A DNA stretch of 64,000 nucleotides, taken from Octopus vulgaris (lineage: Eukaryota). Every line of letters begins with the position of its first letter. The first letter of the stretch is position 1. Location: contig OX597829.1 of NCBI GenBank assembly GCA_951406725.2, positions 17,980,001-18,044,000 on the forward strand. The letters run 5' to 3'. Under the pieces are notes generated by a model that was not told where the DNA came from, searched no databases, and saw nothing but the letters and a program-made list of their open reading frames with translations. The position numbers and the translations under genes are program-made. Shown here piece after piece: positions 56,092-64,000 of the stretch.

Positions 56092-56202
56092 TATAATCAA
56101 AATAACCAACAAGAATGACTCCGGTAATTTGGTACGATCGTTTCGTACTACATCATTTTATTAAATGTTGTAAGTATTGCAACAGTTTTAAAATGCTGAG
56201 CA

Positions 56203-56205
<3 letters not shown>
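56092..56205 (-). mobile_element. Third copy of the 12558 hammerhead family, truncated at the base of stem II
   Basis: Near-identical to 48739-48851; flanked by (TA)n on both sides. Confidence 0.85.
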
Positions 56206-56262
<57 letters not shown>

Positions 56263-56339
56263 CACGCACGTGTGTGTGTGTCTGTGTTTGTCTGTGTGCA
56301 TTTATCTTTTACCTTTTATTTGTATTATCACAAAGTCAG

Positions 56340-56750
56340 TAAGTTGAGGGAACGGATTAATTTGATTACATCCACTCTAGTCCTCAATCTGTATTTATTT
56401 TATCGACCCTGAGAGTATCGAAGGCAAAGTGGACCTTGGTGGAATGTGAACTCAGAACGTAAGGATGGACAAAATGCCGCTAAGCATTTTGCTCGTCACA
56501 CTAACGATTCTGCCAGCTCGCTGCCTTCATTCTGAAGTCACATTATTTTCAAATTTTGGCACAAGACCAGCAAGCTCGAGGAAGAGAGTAAATCGATTAC
56601 ATCGACCCCAGTGCTCAATTGGTCCTTGTTTTATCGATCCTGAAAGGACAGAAGTTAACATCAACCTCGGCACAGAACGTAAAAGATGACGAAGTGCTAC
56701 GACGCATTTTGTCCTGAGCGCTAACGACCCGGTGAGCTCGCTGCCTTTGT
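56340..56750 (-). mobile_element. Two diverged SINE family A copies
   Basis: CCAGCTCGCTGCCTT-like heads at about 56527 and 56747. Confidence 0.75.
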
Positions 56751-56839
56751 TCAGAAGTATTATTACTAGCATCTACACTCACTTCGGAGGAAAGACTAGA
56801 ACTCCATTTCCACACTCCAAATCATCTACAAGATCAGAT

Positions 56840-57172
56840 GCTGTTGGCCTCAGAGAAGAAATGCCTGTCGCAAAGTGTGTTTCGTAAAAGATGGAAGTCT
56901 ATAGCAAGTATGTTGCGTGAGAAAGAACCTGTTTAAACGAGAATGTAGAAAAGGAGAAAGCAAAGTCTTCAGTGTGAGTATGTGGTTTGTGGGGTCGACC
57001 GCGTCCTCCACTTCATTTTTCTAAATCACTCATTCTCATTTAATTGTATATATTTTAATTGTTTGTTTATTCATACATTTCGTCTCATTCGATACCCTGA
57101 CTCCAATGTTTGTTTTGTCTGTCCTCGTATCGTCCCCTCTTTTTCTCAACCTTATGGTGAATAAAGAAATTC
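56840..57172 (+). mobile_element. 3' end of L1/Tx1-type LINE
   Basis: EKKCLSQSVFRKRWKSIASMLRE..* followed by a UTR ending GAATAAAGAAAT and (CT)n. Confidence 0.55.
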
Positions 57173-57507
57173 TCTCTCTCTCTCTCACTCGCTGTACATA
57201 TAGCAAACTACTCAGTTTAATTAGTTTAGTAAGGCACACTCTAACAATTAATACTTAATAATGCACAACACACCGCATTTAGATAATTCAAAATAAATGT
57301 CAGTCGTAACTTTTAGTAATAAACTAACAATTTTAGCCTCGCTGTGAAAGTAAATAAAGTGGACACACTATGGGTTTTATTCTCTATGTGAACAGAAAAC
57401 GTATAAAATATCTGATTAGTTCCTAATATTTTTAGACTTTCGTCGGATAAAAGAGAACCTAAATTCTGTCCACGAGAGATTGATAGCTGTTCACCAGTTA
57501 AACTGGT

Positions 57508-57850
57508 GGATCTTTTCGGTTTGAACGGTAGTTTTTTTCTAGCGGTGTCATATGAAATTGTCACCCATAATTATGACCCTAGTATCGATCTATTGCATTT
57601 CAATGTGTTTTAGGGTTAGGGTTGGTCAGGGTTAGGGTTAGGGGTGGGGGAAAGGGTATCTTTTTTTCTTCACAAATGTAAATAAACCCAATCTGTTTAT
57701 TAAACGAGGGACATAAACTATAGACTTTTCTCAATAAAGCCAAGAGGAAAAGATGTTTTATAATCACATTCTACCAGTATACGAAGTTTAAAAGTGTTTA
57801 GTTACGTGGAAATTATTTTTAAAAAACTGCCGTTCAAACCGAAAAGATCC
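57508..57850. mobile_element. MITE copy 2
   Basis: GGATCTTTTC..GAAAAGATCC TIRs; TSD AAACTGGT. Confidence 0.92.
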
Positions 57851-58500
57851 AAACTGGTCAGTTTCATTTATATATCAATGCATGCACTGACAAGATAAAT
57901 GAATTGAAAACGTACATCTGCGTTAAATACATATGCAAGTCTGTGTACAACAATATAGATAAATGCATGTGGACATATGAATATGTATGAAAGCATATAT
58001 ATATTTGTGTAATAATAAGCAAAGCGTGTGCTCTCTTATCTATTCTCGCGCTAAAATAACTTATTGTATACAAGCCATTATTCAAACCACAAAGAACTTA
58101 ACGGAAAAAAATACATGTATATAAACATAATATACGTGGGTAAAGAAATACGTGCCCGTTCTATCTTTTCATCGTCGCACCTGTAGTGTCAAATGTAGTT
58201 AAAACGGCAGGAATAATGCATGCAGATGCAGACATCTATTCATGGTTGTAAGACATAGCAAGACATAATACAAAAAGAAAGAGACGAATATCTGCTGGAT
58301 TCTCTTTGAAAAGAAAGAAAAAAATGCTTTTGTAAAGGTTTTATTATTTTTTTTTTTTAAATTGTCTGAGATCGATCGATCGAGTTGACTTCTGCTTTTT
58401 TTCTTCTTTACTTGTGTAAAGATAACTTGGCTTTCTTTATTATGAATTATAGAGTTTTTTTTTGTGTTTTTTTGTTTTCTTTATTATTCTATAACAATGC

Positions 58501-58609
58501 GGGAAGGAAGGAATGAAGGAAGGAAGGAAGGAAGGAAGAAGAAGAAGAAGAAGAAGAAGAAGAAGAAGAAGAAGAAGAAGAAGAAGAAGAAGAAGAAGAA
58601 GCAGAAGAA

Positions 58610-58640
<31 letters not shown>

Positions 58641-58808
58641 GGGGAAAAGAAGAAGAAGAAGGAAAAGAAGAAGAAGAAGAAGAAGAAGAAGAAGAAAGAG
58701 AAGAAGAAGAAGAAGAAGAAGAAGAACAACAACAACAACAACAACAACAAGAAGGAGGAGGGGAGGCAGCGGCGGCGGCGGTGGTGGTGGTGGTGGTGGT
58801 GTGGTGGT
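58501..58808. repeat. Compound (GGAA)-(GAA)n-(CAA)n-(GGA)-(GGC)-(GGT)n repeat
   Basis: Direct reading. Confidence 0.95.
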
Positions 58809-59920
58809 GCAGGAGGTGAACTGTAAGAATTTTATAAGTTATAAGTTCTATATTGGCCGTTGGAAATATGTCAGTCAGTTTATATAATTCATCTTGTAAT
58901 TCAAGTTGATCTTTGCGGTCTTGTGCTGTCGACGTTTGCACATATTATTAGGAACAATGCAAGAAACACGCTCGTTGTTTGTACATTTAGAGACCTGCTA
59001 AAGACCAATGAATGGCTTTTGTTATGTCAGGACGCAACATGGCTCGCTCGCTCCTGTTGTTGTTTATTTTATTTTATTTTTTTTTTTTCAAACATTTTGA
59101 AATAATATTCAATGAAGGAGCAAAATATGTCTGAGAAAAAAAAAGAGAAAAAAGAAAAAAAGGAAAATGAAATAACTGAATGAATGTTGAATGTTGAGTG
59201 AATCAATGAATGAATCAACCAATCAGCCAATGAGCTTTACACGAATAGAAATGACTCTGACAGCAATACCCTATTCATAAAACATAGTTCTCTTTCTCTT
59301 TGTATTTCTATTTCTATATCTCACACCCTCTTTTATTCTTATCTTCCATTTTCTTTCTCTATATCCCCCTCTTTTATTTCTTTGCCTTTTCTATGCATTA
59401 CCTTCTTTATCTAAGTATTGACCGACTTTTACATTACTATCGAGTAAGAAAATTGAACAAAGGATTTTTTTTTTTTGGTATTTTTTTCTTTACCTTCTTC
59501 TTACAAAATGATTGATATTTTAAGTTGCCGTCTGGTTTTAAAGTCGGTTTACTGACTGAACTTTCAATTATCAATTTTACGTTGTCATTGCAAAGTTTAA
59601 AACAAAATTTAACTCACTGACACGACTCAATCGTAAATTTGATATCCAAGCTATAATATAACAATATAAATTATAACAAAACCATTCCCGTAAGCAGAGG
59701 TGAAAGTTAAAGAAGTTTGAACGAAACTCCTCGACATAATTCCACGCAAATATAATTATTTCCTTGCATATCTTTTAACTTTGTGTTTTTTGCAGATTGC
59801 ATGACAAAATGCGGGTCGATTTTTTAAAAACTGGGGACACCTCGGTAAAAATCTTGGTTGCACTCATGAAAACAACGCTTCGAGACTCATCGCGGCCAAT
59901 CAATACTGATCTGTAAGTTC

Positions 59921-60385
59921 AAGGCGGTGAGCTGGCAGAACCGTTAGCACGCCGGGCGAAATGCGTAGCTGTATTTCGTCTGCCGTTACGTTCTGAGTTC
60001 AAATTCCGCCGAGGTCGACTTTGCCTTTCATCCTTTCGGGGTCGATTAAATAAGAACCAGTTACGCACTGGGGTCGATATAATCGACTTAATCCGTTTGT
60101 CTGTCCTTGTTTGTCCCCTCTGTGTTTAGCCCCTTGTGGATAGTAAAGAAATAGGTATTTCGTCAGCCGTTACGTTCTGAGTTCAAATTGCGCCAAGGTC
60201 GACTTTGCCTTTCATCCTTTCGGGGTCGATAAATAAAGTACCAGTTACGCACTGGGGTCGATATAATCGACTTAATCCGTTTGTCTGTCCTTGTTTGTCA
60301 TCTCTGTGTTTAGCCCCTTATGGGCAATAAAGAAATAAGAAACGTTAGCACGCCGGGCGAAGTGCTTTGCGTTATTTCGTCTATC
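59921..60385 (+). mobile_element. Nested/tandem triple SINE family A
   Basis: A full copy, then re-entry at GTATTTCGTC (60154), then re-entry at GAAACGTTAGC (60339). Confidence 0.9.
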
Positions 60386-60631
60386 TTAACAGACAAATGC
60401 GAAAGAGAACAAAACCCCGTCAGTTGTATTTTTGGTAAAGGTGCACAATAATATGACGATGGTGACGATGGTATGACGATAGCGTGACGATGATGGTGAT
60501 GATGATGATTGTTTTTGACTTCTAAAACATTTCTTGAAGTAAATGCCTTCCCTTTTATGTTAGAATTCAGAAATATGTAAAGTTTCTTGTGTTCTGTTAT
60601 TTTATTTTACTCATTTTCGATATTTGATTCT

Positions 60632-60841
60632 TATATTCTTTTACCTGTTCCAGTCAATAGACTGCGGCCATGCTGGAGCACCGCCTTTTAGTCGAAAAAA
60701 AATCGGTTCCTGGACTTATTCTTTGTAAGCCAGGTACTTATTCAATCGGACTGTTTTTCCAAACCGCTATGTTACGGGAACATAAACACACCAACAGCGA
60801 TCGTCAAGTGATGGTAAGGTGGGGGACAAACACAGACACGA

Positions 60842-60925
<84 letters not shown>

Positions 60926-61085
60926 GATGGGCTTCTTTCAGTTTCCGTCTAACAAATCCACACACAAGACTTTGGTCGGCCCGAGGCTATAGTAAAGGAC
61001 ACTTGCCCAAAGTGCTACGCAGTGGGACTGAACCCGGAACCAATGGTTGGGAAGCAAGCTTCTTACCAGACAGCTACACCTGCGG
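60632..61085 (-). mobile_element. SINE family B
   Basis: Similarity to 32411. Confidence 0.85.
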
Positions 61086-61773
61086 TTGAATATATTTTTG
61101 TATATTTAAAAATTGGAATTTGGAAAATAAAAGTTTTTTTCACAACCACAATTTATTTTTGTTCACGTGTAATTAAAAAAATTTCGAGATATTCGGCTGT
61201 TATTTCTAGCACATGAAAATACTTACTAGGTTTAACTTCATGTGCAGGTGGAAAATCACCGATGCATATGCAAATGAGCGAACGAGGTTTAAAACATACG
61301 GAATATTGGTGCGGATGTGCGAGTGGTAGAAGGGGTATTAATTTTTTTTTTTTTTTCATATATTTAAAATTTTTTTTAAATTGCTTCAAATTCAAAAGCT
61401 CAGTATTTTCTACGAAAATTCCTCCCAAAAAATTCTCAAAATTGCAAAAAATGACAAAATCGGGGGAGGAACGGGGTATTTAAATTGTGAAATGCTGATT
61501 TTTTTTTTTTTTTTTTTCCAAAACCAGAATCTCCTTGCCGAAAACGTCAGAATTTGTGAAAAAAAGAAAGTGGGGGAGATGAGATATTGCTTATTGTATA
61601 CATGTGCCGAAAATATAATTGAAGGGGTTTAGTCTGCTTTCGCACATTCACTTAGGGATTTTTGTCCGAAATGATTGTGTCTGAGGGGGTGGTTGTCCTA
61701 AGGAGGTTTTGTCCTAAAGGGGGATTTTGTTCTACACTATCATTTTTCATATGGTGAATTAAAGACTAATCCA

Positions 61774-62210
61774 GGATCTTTTCGGTTTGAACGGCAGTTT
61801 TTTCTAGCGGCGTCATATGAAATTGTCACCCATAAGTATGACCCTAGTATCGATCTATTGCATTTCAATCTGTTTTAGGGTTAAGGTTAGTTAGGGTTGG
61901 TTAGGGTTAGGGTGGGGGGGAAGGGTATCTTTTTTTCTTCAGAAATGTAAATAAACCCAATCTGTTTCTTAAACAAGGGACATATTCATACGGCAAAGAA
62001 TGTTTTCACCTCAATAGACGTCATTGATTGGTTGAAATTGCAGAAATTGAAGAAAAAAAACAACAAATATCTTACAAACTATAGAATTTTCTCAATAAAG
62101 CCAAGCGAAAAAGATGTTTTATAAACACATTCTACCAGTATACGAAATTTAAAAGTGTTAAGTTACGTGGAAATTATTTTTAAAAACTGCCGGTCAAACC
62201 GAAAAGATCC
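61774..62210. mobile_element. MITE copy 3
   Basis: TIRs; TSD CTAATCCA. Confidence 0.92.
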
Positions 62211-63479
62211 CTAATCCACCATATGGTAACTCGTGTACACGTATGACGGCTGTTCTTATAAAATCTCCAGGTTTCCTATCAAGTTGCCACCGTCTGAACA
62301 CTAGAGATTAATTCGATGGTTCGGGTGTCTCTTATTTATAAACAGACTTCAAAAGCAAAAGCCAAAAGTTCAAATTTTATTTCACTGTTAAGTTTTCATC
62401 AGTCACACAAAACAGACGTGCCCGCCAACAAACAACAGAGAGATATATTTTACCTATTGGTAAACTTCAGGAAACGACTCCTCCACTGTCGACAGAAATT
62501 TATTACAATCAACTTACAAAATAGCATTATCCCCCCATCAGCTTTAGATTTATATATTTATTTACTTATCTATCTATTACTTTATTTTACGAGAGGGGGA
62601 GGTTATCAGAAGTTACGATGATTTGTGTGATGTCATTGAAGCTGCATCTACCTTTTCTTCTTTACTTTTTTTTTTTCTCCTTTTTGTCATCACACATAGG
62701 AACTGAAATATTTGGAGCCTCAAAAGAACCTTTGACATGTCGATACAGTTTTTAAACGGTTACTACTACATGGTCAACCATGAAATTCTAAACTATGATT
62801 ATCATCGCTGACAAGAATAATTAGTTTAGAATGGGCGACGGTTGAACACATTATAGCTGATTTGAATGATTCGTATATACTGTGTTTATCTTGACTGGGA
62901 TAGGTGAAGTGAAGGGATGGGAACTTGCTTATGTGGGGTGTTATGTGTGTAATGGATATCAGTTAGTGTTCAAAGGATTTGGTGGCAGCCCAAAAGTCTG
63001 GAGGTGAAGAAAAGGTCAAGTAGTTTGGTTTTGTCAGTTTATGTGTGTACGTTGTTAAAGACTGCGTGAGCGTGTTGATATAGGCAGCTCTTATAAAAAT
63101 ACAGTTTGCCGAACTATATTTAATGTTTAATAAACATATGTAAATAATCTTACCGTGGACCGAAACATGGGAGTATACACCGAATTCTCGGCAGCATGGC
63201 GCGGGTATCGTATTGACTACAGTTGTTAATCTTTGTCAGAGTTAGTTCAACGATGGCTGGATATGTCTGTGTAATGCATAGGTGAGATTCGTGTGCAATA
63301 AATACGTAGGATAAGTTTATGAAACCATTGCCACCACTGTTCTGATTTGGCTGGTTGGAAGGGTTGAACGGAAGTAAAGTCACAGGAAAAAGAAGTCACA
63401 GAAAATAAAAACAAAAACTTTATTCGGGTTTGGAGAAAATGTCAGAAGAAAATAAATGTTAAACTTCATCTAAGTGCCA

Positions 63480-63835
63480 TAAATATTAGTTTCAAATTTT
63501 GGCACAAGGCCAGCAGTTTTCAGGGGTGAGGGAAGTCGATTGTATCGACTCTAGTATTTGATTGGCGGAATTTGAACTCAAAACATAACGTCAGACGAAA
63601 TACCTATTTCTTTACTACCCACAAGGGGATAAACACAGAGAGAACAAACAAGGACAAACAAACGGATTAAGTCGATTACATCGACCCCAGTGCGTAACTG
63701 GTATTTATTTAATCGACCCCGAAAAGAAGAAAGGCAAAGTCGACCTCGGCGGAATTTGAACTCAGAACGTAACGGCAGACGAAATACCGCTAAGCATTTT
63801 GCCCGGCGCGCTAACGTTTATACCAGCTCTTCGCC
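63480..63835 (-). mobile_element. SINE family A nested in an older copy
   Basis: Junction GACGAAATACC|TATTTCTTT at about 63604. Confidence 0.85.
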
Positions 63836-64000
63836 ATAGTGGCATCAATTACCGCCTGACCGACGTGCCTTGCCCCGCATCATATTTGATCAGACTGGAG
63901 CGTTTTTACTTTTGCTTCATGTATAAAGGACAATTCATTTACTATCCGTAACTGCTGCGTAGAAGTCTAGGTATACTGTGTTTAACGACGCTCTGACATA

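Noticed and set aside
57609-57650. Interstitial telomere or chromosome fusion scar
   Set aside because: The TTAGGG units are internal to a TSD-flanked MITE present three times.
58860-59240. CCAAT-containing unique sequence as a promoter
   Set aside because: The motifs are expected by chance and no downstream gene is identifiable.

Overview
This is an AT-rich, microsatellite-saturated animal genomic window. The SINE repertoire suggests an octopus or other coleoid cephalopod, but that is recognition from memory and was not searched. I recognised no intact host gene, rRNA, tRNA or CRISPR array, and almost all listed ORFs are microsatellite read-throughs. The window is a mosaic of four tRNA-derived SINE families; relics of RTE, L1/Tx1, R4/Dong and Penelope-like (PLE) retroelements; a mariner; two non-autonomous Helitrons; three copies of an 8-bp-TSD MITE; and a Chapaev3-like fragment. 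The main signal is a dense set of minimal type-I hammerhead ribozyme motifs (CUGANGA-stem II-GAAA-palindromic mini stem III-NUH) from many unrelated sequence families, mostly beside (TA)n tracts. Several sit in 0.2-1 kb fold-back palindromes with a ribozyme on each arm. In others the fold-back axis or breakpoint falls on the ribozyme's own stem II hairpin. All coordinates were read by eye, and element ends may be off by a few bases.
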